Shown here piece after piece: positions 9,720-17,862 of a DNA stretch of 40,428 nucleotides (the first letter of the stretch is position 1; every line of letters starts with the position of its first letter). The notes below the pieces were generated by a model, which did not search any database, was not told the origin of the DNA, and saw nothing but the letters and a program-made list of their open reading frames with translations. A program made the position numbers and the translations under genes. Where the stretch lies: the IMG/VR virus record IMGVR_UViG_3300010383_000016, positions 1 to 40,428 of that record; one strand, written 5' to 3'. This DNA comes from a virus. Lineage: Duplodnaviria > Caudoviricetes.

Positions 9720-10052
9720 TTACAATCCGGGTATCAAATCCTTTATTTCCTTTGCAGCCCTCCAAATTTTGGCTGCGTTTGAGTTCTCGGATAAAAATTG
9801 GATCCCTTTTAAAGTGATCCTTGGATCATCCTCTATGTATTCGCCATAAGCAGGACTGCCCAGGGATCTTGCTGAGATGTAGCCATCAATCAGACCTTCT
9901 TCAAGCATCATTGTTATGATTCGAGTCCAACGTGCTTCGCTAATACCTAGCACACTCCATGAAATAGGGGTTGTATCCACCACCTCAACGTCCATAGACT
10001 CATCAAGATGATCCAAAATCTTTTGAATAACCGTCATTGTTTTAACCGCCAT
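9720..10052 (-). CDS. YjcQ-family protein (moron)
   Basis: 'LGISE..W..II.M..EEGLIDG' and 'PRITLKGIQFLSENS..K..K.IK' signature. Confidence 0.75.
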   Translation of the reverse strand: MAVKTMTVIQKILDHLDESMDVEVVDTTPISWSVLGISEARWTRIITMMLEEGLIDGYISARSLGSPAYGEYIEDDPRITLKGIQFLSENSNAAKIWRAAKEIKDLIPGL

Positions 10053-10077
10053 GTAGAATCTCCTCCTTACTTCAAGG

Positions 10078-10103
10078 ATTCTACATACCGCAAACGACTT
10101 CCT
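10078..10103 (-). promoter_or_regulatory. Sigma-H-type promoter (AGGA-N18-GAAT)
   Basis: Minus strand AGGA agtcgtttgcggtatgta GAAT, 18-nt spacer, upstream of AAGGAGG RBS. Confidence 0.6.
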
Positions 10104-10799
10104 TTATTCCGTGTCCCCACCTCGTAACTGCTGCTGCTGCTCTACGATCCGCTGCATTCGCGGATTCGCCGCGATCTGCGCAGTCGCCACCTCGTAAGCC
10201 TCTGCATTCGCCTTACGGAACACGTCCATGAAAAGGTACAGGTACTCCTGAATAAGCTCGAACTCGAACGCCTTCGACCGCATGTCCGCCATGAATTTGC
10301 TGTTCTCGCGAAGCTCCCGGTTCAGCGTCGCTACGTTCTGGATGTTCCGCCGAAGGTCCTCGACGAAGGCGATCTTCCAGCGACTCAAGTATTCCGGATC
10401 GGCTTCGCCCTTCAACCGTTCTTCAAGCTCGCTCAGCCGGCTGTCCATCATCTCAGGGAGCTGCGTGACGAATTCGAAGCGCTCGAGCAATGCGTTCGTC
10501 GTTCGATACTGGAGCTCGATGATGTCGAGGTCGTAGTTCACGATCCGCTCGATACGCCCGCTGACCCGGGTGACTGACTCTTTTTTCTTATCCGTGTGCG
10601 TCGGCGCCGCCTTCGAATACTTGGATTGCTCCAGGTATCGGTGAACGGCCGCTGGCGACACCTCGTCCTTAATGCCCTTATTCTTGATGAACGTCGTGCA
10701 GGCCGCTGCGATCTTCCGAACGGAGGTGGTCCCTTCGGACAGGCAGCGAGCGACAACGTGCTGCACCTCGAGCTGCTCTATTTTGTTCGGCCGCGCCAT
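10104..10799 (-). CDS. Probable terminase small subunit
   Basis: N-terminal HTH-like segment ('VRKIAA..VSPAAVHRY'), helical C-terminus, position ahead of terL; start MARPNK at 10799. Confidence 0.6.
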   Translation of the reverse strand: MARPNKIEQLEVQHVVARCLSEGTTSVRKIAAACTTFIKNKGIKDEVSPAAVHRYLEQSKYSKAAPTHTDKKKESVTRVSGRIERIVNYDLDIIELQYRTTNALLERFEFVTQLPEMMDSRLSELEERLKGEADPEYLSRWKIAFVEDLRRNIQNVATLNRELRENSKFMADMRSKAFEFELIQEYLYLFMDVFRKANAEAYEVATAQIAANPRMQRIVEQQQQLRGGDTE

Positions 10800-10819
10800 C
10801 CCATCACATCCCTTCAGTT

Positions 10820-10909
10820 GTTTCGAAACGCGTATCGAAACAATTGAACGATTCAATATAAAAACGCCCTTCCTTCCTTGAGCGTCAAGGGTAAAGAGCG
10901 TTTCGAAAC
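10820..10909. repeat. Three GTTTCGAAAC-type palindromes upstream of terS
   Basis: GTTTCGAAAC at 10820-10829 and 10900-10909; GTATCGAAAC at 10832-10841. Confidence 0.7.
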
Positions 10910-10946
10910 ATCTTCACTAAATGGTGGTTTGGAGGACAAAAATCGA

Positions 10947-11669
10947 TTATCTGAAGATCAGCTTTTCTTTTAATACGTCTAATTCTCTGACCATTTTCTG
11001 CATAGTGAAATAATTCGTTTTTGCATAACTTTCGGTTCTAAAGGCTTCCATGTAGTAACTGTTCGCTTCTCCAAGGACAGCAGAAATTCGGGTTAGTAGA
11101 GATATCACAAGTGGTGAAATTATCATTTCGTATCCTAGCTGGTTAAATAAAGAATGTTCCACTAACGCTCCAGAATATTTTTTAAATCTCTCTTCTCTCG
11201 TTACTTCATCTGCTTTGTATACTAAAAAACGCGGTTCCAATTCCTTTCTTTCTGCAATATACGCTGAAATTTTTTCAGTCACTAAGTCAATATCAGATAG
11301 AAGTACTGAAATCTCATCATTAGTCACCGCAGCATTCCTAGAATTTATCATTTCCATGTCTCTCTTCCATTGTTGAAGCATTTCGACAGGATAGGCGGAT
11401 TCAGCGGAATCAACTTCTTTTCCACATCTTTGGCACAACCAAATTCCGTTAGTTGCACTCTTTCTCTCAGCGGACGATAATTCTGGATTATAACGTGGGC
11501 CATTAGGGCTCGCAGCTGTTATATGAGCAGCGATCCCAAGATTCAGCGCCCTTTCCTGATCAGAAGGATGAGCCTTAGATGTTTTTAAACGACATGTTGG
11601 ATTAGAACAGGTTTGGCCAGCTCTATCTGCTAAGACTTTTACAGTTGCTTTTGTGAAATCATCTCTCAT
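10947..11669 (-). CDS. AT-rich moron: HNH-like nuclease domain plus unknown helical C-terminal domain
   Basis: 'RAGQTCSNPTC..AAHITAASPNGPRY..NGIWLCQRC..VD' zinc-binding His-Me finger pattern; low GC. Confidence 0.75.
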   Translation of the reverse strand: MRDDFTKATVKVLADRAGQTCSNPTCRLKTSKAHPSDQERALNLGIAAHITAASPNGPRYNPELSSAERKSATNGIWLCQRCGKEVDSAESAYPVEMLQQWKRDMEMINSRNAAVTNDEISVLLSDIDLVTEKISAYIAERKELEPRFLVYKADEVTREERFKKYSGALVEHSLFNQLGYEMIISPLVISLLTRISAVLGEANSYYMEAFRTESYAKTNYFTMQKMVRELDVLKEKLIFR

Positions 11670-11725
11670 AATTCAGCCCGCCTCTAATAACTTCTATATA
11701 GCTCGTTACTCATAAAAATAACAGC

Positions 11726-12271
11726 TTATTCCAAAAGGAACAAGCTGCTCATCTTCGCATATTCAATTTTCTCCTTGGCCCGTTCCAGGTAGGTCTGCAC
11801 CGTGCTCCTTCCGAGGTGAAGTTCCTGGGCGATATCGTATTCGCTCATCCCATCGACGTGGTACATCATGAAGCACTGGCGCTCGCGATCCGTGAGGTCC
11901 CGCATAGCATCCTCGATGCGGAAGCGCTCGTCGGCCGTCAGATCACGTCTCTCACGCTGCACGGACCAGCCGTTTGGTGAATGGTATGCCTCGAGCCATG
12001 CAGGGTCCCATGAGCTCACCTTGTACGCTCTCTCTACGCCTCTGCGCGTTCCCGGGCGCCGACCTGTCTTCAACCACTCGAGTGCGAAGTCGCAGTCCGA
12101 GAGCATGCTCCCCAACAGCTCACGCTGCGCCTTATCCTTCGTTCCGTCGAGCGCCTTCTGCAGGCGGTACCGCGTCCGGCCGTAGTTGGCTACAGTGGCC
12201 CCGCCGAGCCTCATTATCGTCCAGTTCCCCGCCTGCTTGATCTTAAAGTCTTCCAGTGGTCCGATTGCCAT
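11726..12271 (-). CDS. Xpf-like late transcription activator (sigma-70 region 4 HTH)
   Basis: 'SMLSDCDFALEWLKTGRRPG.RRG' and 'LTDRERQCF..GMSEYDIAQELHLGRSTVQTYLERAKEK'; last early gene. Confidence 0.82.
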   Translation of the reverse strand: MAIGPLEDFKIKQAGNWTIMRLGGATVANYGRTRYRLQKALDGTKDKAQRELLGSMLSDCDFALEWLKTGRRPGTRRGVERAYKVSSWDPAWLEAYHSPNGWSVQRERRDLTADERFRIEDAMRDLTDRERQCFMMYHVDGMSEYDIAQELHLGRSTVQTYLERAKEKIEYAKMSSLFLLE

Positions 12272-12331
12272 TCCCCTATTCCTCCCGATGGGAGAAGCCC
12301 CCTGACGCATCAGAGGGCTATTCCCTATTGT

Positions 12332-13318
12332 TTAAGCCGATACTCGAGTCAAACCATATTCCATTGCGAGTTCCGCTTTAATCTCGTGCTTTACTTGCTG
12401 AAGCCTGATTTCGAATTCCTGTTTCGTCAGTGCAGGCCCTGCCGGTGCATCTGCTGCTCCATCCACAGCCGCTGCAGCCTCCGAAACTCCGTCTCCTCCG
12501 GCGTCACCTCGTGCCACTGCCTCGCTGCCCTGTACGCTCTGAAAGGCGTCCTCCAGTTGCTTCTCAGTGACCGGCGGATTCAATTGCGGGAGCCGGATTG
12601 GAGGCACGTCATACTTCCCCAAGTTGCGGTTGATCGTCTCCATCCGCTGGCGATCGAGTCGAGCTTTGCGCTCTTCCTCAGTCTCTGCCTTAAGCGTGGA
12701 GGTAAGCGTCAGCCCGCCGGACGACACCGCCGGTTTCTTGAGCGTCCGCACCATGCCCTCCAGCTCGTCCACCTGACCTTTGAGGCTCTTGTTCTCAGCC
12801 TCGAGGAGAGAAGCCTGCTCGGCCAATGCGACGGCATTGTCGCGCTTCTTCTCGACGTCTGCGCGGGCTTCCTGTTCGTCGAACAGCTTCGTCTTCGTAA
12901 CCGTGTGAGCGGCCTGCTCGGCGTCGTAGACTTGCTGGAGCTGGGTGTTCCGCTCGGTGAGCTCGCTGATCGCCGTCTGAAGCTGTTCGAGAGCGGCCTT
13001 GTGTGTGCTATGTACGTTCTCTAGCTCCTCAGCGTGAAGTGCCTGCATCTGATCGAGCGCTTGGCTGATCAGATTATCGATCTCGGCATTCAACCCCGGG
13101 AAATTAGTGAGCGCATCGTAATCCTGCGGCAGCGGAATCATGCTGATCACGGCGGCCTTGGTTGCGGCCTGCTCCATATCCCGGAGCAGGGCCTGAATAT
13201 CCTGCTGCTCGACCTCAATCTGCTTGAGACGAAAGGAATCATCCTTGTACTGCTCCTTCTCCTTTTCCAATGCGTCGTAGCGCGCCTGGAGCTGTTCCTT
13301 GCTGGTGGTTTCGCTCAT
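12332..13318 (-). CDS. Long coiled-coil hypothetical protein
   Basis: 328 aa E/Q/A/L-rich heptad pattern; RBS present. Confidence 0.75.
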   Translation of the reverse strand: MSETTSKEQLQARYDALEKEKEQYKDDSFRLKQIEVEQQDIQALLRDMEQAATKAAVISMIPLPQDYDALTNFPGLNAEIDNLISQALDQMQALHAEELENVHSTHKAALEQLQTAISELTERNTQLQQVYDAEQAAHTVTKTKLFDEQEARADVEKKRDNAVALAEQASLLEAENKSLKGQVDELEGMVRTLKKPAVSSGGLTLTSTLKAETEEERKARLDRQRMETINRNLGKYDVPPIRLPQLNPPVTEKQLEDAFQSVQGSEAVARGDAGGDGVSEAAAAVDGAADAPAGPALTKQEFEIRLQQVKHEIKAELAMEYGLTRVSA

Positions 13319-13322
13319 TCCC

Positions 13323-13505
13323 CTACACTCTCCCCGATTTCAATGTGTGGCCGCTCATTTCGGCCTGCTCACGGCGTTGCCGCTCGTTCTCCCGGTATTC
13401 GTCCGCCAGGATCACGATAAGCCCGACAACCCGGCCTGTAGTGTTTCTCAGAAGCAAATTATCGTCAATCCGTTCGAATGACTCCGCTTGGAGTTTTAGC
13501 ATCAC
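13323..13505 (-). CDS. Hypothetical protein
   Basis: 60 aa ORF with GGAG/GGGGTG RBS in early operon. Confidence 0.5.
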   Translation of the reverse strand: MMLKLQAESFERIDDNLLLRNTTGRVVGLIVILADEYRENERQRREQAEMSGHTLKSGRV

Positions 13506-13576
13506 CCCACGGCTCCTTTATGGTATAATGGCCTCGTCGAAAGGCTTGGCCCGGGCGGGATACCGCTCGGGCTTTT

Positions 13577-13786
13577 CTATGTGGCTTCTCGATACTGGGC
13601 AATCAAAACGGCCATGACAGCCTTCTCTTTGATCCGGTACCGCCGTTCGTACCATCGAGCGAATTCCTTGTCCGTCATCTCGTGGTAAGCGGCCCGACAC
13701 TCGAGGATCGACTGCTTCGTTTCGCCGGTGACGTATTGCTTGTCGCCGACGGCCTTGCCGTAAGCGATGTTGGTGTGCTTCCCCAT
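13577..13786 (-). CDS. Hypothetical protein
   Basis: MGKHTNIAYG..., RBS GGGAGGG. Confidence 0.6.
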   Translation of the reverse strand: MGKHTNIAYGKAVGDKQYVTGETKQSILECRAAYHEMTDKEFARWYERRYRIKEKAVMAVLIAQYREAT

Positions 13787-13802
13787 GATCTCCCTCCCAT
13801 AA

Positions 13803-13964
13803 TCAGCCATGATACCAAGTAGCGCTCATCTCTAAGCGCCGAAGCAACTCGTCCCGATATTCCTTGGCGAATTCGTAGTCTCCACCACGACAAGCCGCTT
13901 CAAATTCCGCCACCAAATCTTCGTTACTGCATTCGCTTGCCGGTTGTCCTGGTCCCATTGCCAT
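13803..13964 (-). CDS. Hypothetical protein
   Basis: MAMGPGQP..., RBS GGAGG before ATG 13964. Confidence 0.55.
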   Translation of the reverse strand: MAMGPGQPASECSNEDLVAEFEAACRGGDYEFAKEYRDELLRRLEMSATWYHG

Positions 13965-13989
13965 ACTCGATTCCTCCACGTGAGATGTA

Positions 13990-14790
13990 TTAGAACATTG
14001 CCATTTGCCCGGCGGCGCCGGCTGCAACGGGATTAATCCAGAGGACTTCGGTGCGGGCCTGCCCGTTTACCGGTTTCCCTGCGTTCGTCATGCGCTGCCA
14101 GTGTTTAAGCCGTTCATCGTACAAATGATGTGCGTATCCCGTAAGCAGTACCGGGCCCGGATGACTTTCTAGTAAGTCGAGTAGCGCTTCATGCTGCGCG
14201 TCATTCATCTCATTCTTGTAAATCCGGTCATATCTGGTCTCGAGCACGTACGGTGGATCCGCAAAGATCAAAACATCGGGATCGCGGTACCTCGGAATCA
14301 ATCTTTCCGCAGGCGCATTCTCAATCTGGACATCCCTTAGCCGTTCGGAGACAATCTCTATCCTATCTGCGATGCTATTCCATTGTTTGACGTGGAATGC
14401 ATCACGCATGGTATGGCGGCATCTCCATCCAGAAATAGAATGCGTCTTCGGCCGAATTGCCTGCCAGCAGCGAACCATGAAGCGCCGCGCCCGCTCTAAA
14501 TCATCGTCTGTCGTTTGGTGGGCTATTATATACTCGTCCCGGGAGTAAGGCGTCCAACGAAGTGCGTATGCCAGTTCCCCGGGTCGCTCTCGGACCATCC
14601 GAAACAGGTTGACGACTTCTCCGTCGAGATCGTTGATCGTCTCCACGCCACTCGGCTCCTTTGTGAAGAAAACGGCTCCACTCCCAAAGAACGGCTCAAG
14701 GTACGTCGTGTGCTTCGGCATATGGCTGATGATCCATTCAGCCATGCTCCACTTGCTGCCGGGGTAATGAAGGATGCGTGGAACGCTCAT
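13990..14790 (-). CDS. DNA adenine methyltransferase (D12 class), orphan
   Basis: 'YPGSK', 'YLEPFFGSGAV', 'ETINDLD', catalytic 'DPPY'. Confidence 0.9.
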   Translation of the reverse strand: MSVPRILHYPGSKWSMAEWIISHMPKHTTYLEPFFGSGAVFFTKEPSGVETINDLDGEVVNLFRMVRERPGELAYALRWTPYSRDEYIIAHQTTDDDLERARRFMVRCWQAIRPKTHSISGWRCRHTMRDAFHVKQWNSIADRIEIVSERLRDVQIENAPAERLIPRYRDPDVLIFADPPYVLETRYDRIYKNEMNDAQHEALLDLLESHPGPVLLTGYAHHLYDERLKHWQRMTNAGKPVNGQARTEVLWINPVAAGAAGQMAMF

Positions 14791-14799
14791 TCTCTCACC

Positions 14800-15018
14800 T
14801 CAATCCATGCACTGAAATCCTTTATTGATTCGATCGAGGTCATTCACCTCAGCGGGACGGACCACAATGGCCCGCCCCTTGATGATGTAGATCTCCTCGC
14901 CTTCCACGTTTCTGATCAGATTGATCAGCTTCATTGCCTCGTATTCAGGCGTTGGAGGAGTCCGCCGTTCGTCGACAAGGTTAAGGTCAACGATTCGTTG
15001 TGCAAGATCCTTCGACAT
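14800..15018 (-). CDS. Hypothetical protein
   Basis: MSKDLAQR..., TAATG-coupled to upstream gene. Confidence 0.6.
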   Translation of the reverse strand: MSKDLAQRIVDLNLVDERRTPPTPEYEAMKLINLIRNVEGEEIYIIKGRAIVVRPAEVNDLDRINKGFQCMD

Positions 15019-15692
15019 TACGATGCAGCACCTGCCATCTGCTTCTTCACCTTGTTTTTGTACTCGGTATAGGCTGTCGATACTTGCCCCGACGTTTTTC
15101 CGAGCGATACCGCGATGTCCATCCATCTCTCGCCGGCACGTTTACGCTCCACCAGTGCCGGGAAGTCGTAAGGGATATCGTCGAAGATCGGACGCTCAGT
15201 GAGGATGTACTGCTCGAGATCCTCTTTGTCGATCGCGGCCGCGGTTACTTCGTCGGTTTCCCCGCCGACTTCCGTATACCCGTGCTCTTCCTCGCTTGGC
15301 TGATCAAATTCGAGCCCATCATCGGATTCTTCTTCGGTCAAATCACCTTCCTCGGCATCGTCCGCAGGTACGTCACCATCCACTTCGAACGGCGCGCCAT
15401 CGTCTTGCCGATCGAAGAGGTCCGTTTGACCATCCTCCTTCTTGGTTTCGACGGTACCGGCGGAGCCGACAGTATAGGTCGTGCCGGTCATCGGCTTAAG
15501 CCCCTGCTGCTGGGCGTACTCCTCGAGCGTCATCTGCGGATCGCCGAGGGATACCTCGATTTCTTCCGGATCACTCTGAAAGAACTCTGCGTTCTTGAAG
15601 AAATCCTTGCGGCTCATGGTGAGAACGATTTTGACGCCATTGGCGCCGACGGTTACGTTGCCGAGATCAGCCTTAAATTTTGCGAGTGACAT
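15018..15692 (-). CDS. Acidic hypothetical protein with possible C-terminal HTH
   Basis: 224 aa, D/E-rich middle, 'WMDIAVSLGKTSGQV' end. Confidence 0.7.
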   Translation of the reverse strand: MSLAKFKADLGNVTVGANGVKIVLTMSRKDFFKNAEFFQSDPEEIEVSLGDPQMTLEEYAQQQGLKPMTGTTYTVGSAGTVETKKEDGQTDLFDRQDDGAPFEVDGDVPADDAEEGDLTEEESDDGLEFDQPSEEEHGYTEVGGETDEVTAAAIDKEDLEQYILTERPIFDDIPYDFPALVERKRAGERWMDIAVSLGKTSGQVSTAYTEYKNKVKKQMAGAAS

Positions 15693-15717
15693 AGGTCATC
15701 TTCCTCTCGAATTTTGG

Positions 15718-16242
15718 TTAGCCGGCATTGCGCCGGGATTTCTTTTCCTTCGGGACCAACAGCCCCGTGATTACGTCCTGCTGGAATGCGGTGAGCTTGA
15801 GCTGCTCGTGCATGGCCCGGGCGATCTGAGCGAGAACGTAGGCGTCGCGGACGTTATCGCTCTTATGCTCGAAGCCCCAGCGCTTGTAGATCTCGACGCC
15901 GAGCTCGTCCTTCTTGGTGTTGCCCTTGCCGCTGGCGAACTTCTTTACGGCCGACGGCGACACTTCCGTGTAATTGACCCGGCAGCGGAAGAAATCCATC
16001 CTCATTCCCCATCCGATGCCATACATCGTGCCGACGGCAGCTCCCTTGGCCCCAAAGGCGAAGCCCTCGATCGCAATGATGTCGTCGGGGCCGATGTGCT
16101 TCATGGTCTTTCCGATCAGGTGGATCATCCGCTCCGGATCCTTGCCTTCGTGGGTGATCTCCGTCGCTTCCCACACCTCGCCGTCCTCATCGATAATGAC
16201 AAGGCCCGTCTTCGTGGACGGGTCGATTCCGACGTATCTCAT
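15718..16242 (-). CDS. ruvC: RuvC-like Holliday junction resolvase
   Basis: 'YVGIDPS..TG', 'IAIEG', 'PSAVKKFASGKGNTKK', 'DNVRDAYVLA'. Confidence 0.85.
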   Translation of the reverse strand: MRYVGIDPSTKTGLVIIDEDGEVWEATEITHEGKDPERMIHLIGKTMKHIGPDDIIAIEGFAFGAKGAAVGTMYGIGWGMRMDFFRCRVNYTEVSPSAVKKFASGKGNTKKDELGVEIYKRWGFEHKSDNVRDAYVLAQIARAMHEQLKLTAFQQDVITGLLVPKEKKSRRNAG

Positions 16243-16367
16243 GTCCGTGTCCACCAAAGCCCATGCATCGTAGGCCAAAGTCTTACAAGCTTCTCCATGA
16301 CGGTGCTCTTGCGCCGGTATTTCTTACCGACCGGAGTGCCGTTGATTGTTAACTGGTACATGCTCAT
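16239..16367 (-). CDS. Small hypothetical protein (42 aa)
   Basis: ATGA-coupled at both ends; RBS AAAGGAG. Confidence 0.5.
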   Translation of the reverse strand: MSMYQLTINGTPVGKKYRRKSTVMEKLVRLWPTMHGLWWTRT

Positions 16368-16534
16368 GCTCCTTTCTCGAACCTGCCAACAGTAAGCTGA
16401 AACTCGGACATGCCCTCTTGGATTTCTGTGAATCGCAAGCCGGAGAACTCGACCCGCAACTCCTGCCACGTTGGAACAATCCCCGTCCGCATGTAAACCT
16501 GCTTCATGTACTCATACACGTGCCATTTATTCAT
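16364..16534 (-). CDS. Small hypothetical protein (56 aa, not in ORF track)
   Basis: MNKWHVYEYMKQVYMRTGIVPTWQELRVEFSGLRFTEIQEGMSEFQLTVGRFEKGA; ATGA overlaps with dnaB stop and next start. Confidence 0.6.
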   Translation of the reverse strand: MNKWHVYEYMKQVYMRTGIVPTWQELRVEFSGLRFTEIQEGMSEFQLTVGRFEKGA

Positions 16535-17862
16535 ACCGCCACCGGCCTTCCCGTTAGGCTCGTAATCCGCTGATAATCCTTGTCGTACAGCAACTTCACC
16601 ACGCCCGTCGGGCCGTTCCTCTGCTTGGCAAGATTCACTTCAAGCTTCCCGCGATCGTCGCTGTCCGGGTTGTAGTAGTCGTCCCGGTACAGGAGGATGA
16701 TATCGTCGGCGACCGCCGAAATAGCAGCCCCGCCGTACAAGTCCGAAACGAATGGCCGCTTGTTGGCCCGGGAATCGACATCTTGCTTCACCTGGGAGAG
16801 CCCGATCACCGCGCAGTCGCATTCTTGAGCGGCCTTTCGGAGCTTTTGGCAAACCCGATGCATCGCGGATCCGCCGTTGTCGTTCTGTTCGTTCGGCTCG
16901 ACGATCTCCTGAAGGTAGTCGATGATCACGAGGTCCAGCCCCTGCTGGCGTTTCAGCCGGCGCATCTCCGAGGTTATGTATTCGGCCGTTACACCGCGGG
17001 AGTCGTCGATGTGGATCTTCCGGAGATCATCCATGCTTCGGGCGATCGCGGCCACCTGCCCCTCGTTGAGTTGCCCGGTCCGCAGAGACTGGAGGGGAAT
17101 CTTGCTCAGGTTCGCCGCCATCCGTGAATAGATCTGCGCCGTTGACATCTCGAGGCTGAAATCTGCGACCTTGTGTCCGCGGCCGGCTGCCCGCATCTTA
17201 ATCTCGTTGGCGAAGGCGGATTTGCCCATGCTCGTCCGCGCACCGACAACGATCAGGTTCGAGCGTTGGAAGCCGAGCGTCATTCGATCGAGCTGGTCCC
17301 AACCTGTCAAGATTCCGAAAGCCCGGGAAGGATCCTGCACGCGGAGAACGATGTCCTCAAACCATGACGTCAAGTTGTCGACGTTACGGTTCTCCCGGTT
17401 TGTCTTCGGCCGGATCTCGAGGGCTTTTTGCTCAAAGCTGTCAAGGATCTCCTCGAAGGCCCCAGCGGAAGGATCGGATATCGTCTGCTTCGTCTCCTCG
17501 AGCAGCTGAACCAGCTTTTGCCGAGCGTGGTACTCGATGATCTGTTTCAGGTTATAGTCGAGATTCGAAACCGAGACGACGCATGTCACAAGCTCCATCA
17601 GGTAGCTGACCCCGCCGATGCTGTCCAAGTGCGCCCCGAACTTCGAGACAATGGACTCCGGTGAAATCAGCTCCTTGGCCTGCAGCAGCCGGTCGACCAT
17701 CTTGAGCAGGTTTCGGTGCTGCGGGAGAGAGAGCATCTCCGGCTTGATAACCCCGATGATCTGCGGCGCAAGCGTTTCGTCCAGAAAGACGGAGCCGAGA
17801 ACCTGTTGCTCGATGTACCTGCGGGATTCAAACGTTTGTGCACTGTTCAAGCTGACGCGCAC
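16531..17862 (-). CDS. dnaB: Replicative DNA helicase (start uncertain)
   Basis: 'GARTSMGKS' Walker A, 'FSLEMS', 'IDYLQ', 'LSQ', 'AKQRNGPTG'. Confidence 0.93.
   Translation of the reverse strand: MRVSLNSAQTFESRRYIEQQVLGSVFLDETLAPQIIGVIKPEMLSLPQHRNLLKMVDRLLQAKELISPESIVSKFGAHLDSIGGVSYLMELVTCVVSVSNLDYNLKQIIEYHARQKLVQLLEETKQTISDPSAGAFEEILDSFEQKALEIRPKTNRENRNVDNLTSWFEDIVLRVQDPSRAFGILTGWDQLDRMTLGFQRSNLIVVGARTSMGKSAFANEIKMRAAGRGHKVADFSLEMSTAQIYSRMAANLSKIPLQSLRTGQLNEGQVAAIARSMDDLRKIHIDDSRGVTAEYITSEMRRLKRQQGLDLVIIDYLQEIVEPNEQNDNGGSAMHRVCQKLRKAAQECDCAVIGLSQVKQDVDSRANKRPFVSDLYGGAAISAVADDIILLYRDDYYNPDSDDRGKLEVNLAKQRNGPTGVVKLLYDKDYQRITSLTGRPVAV

Noticed and set aside
13990-14790. Methyltransferase as part of a restriction-modification system with the HNH gene
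   Set aside because: The genes are about 2.3 kb apart with different base composition; orphan methylases are routine in phage early regions.
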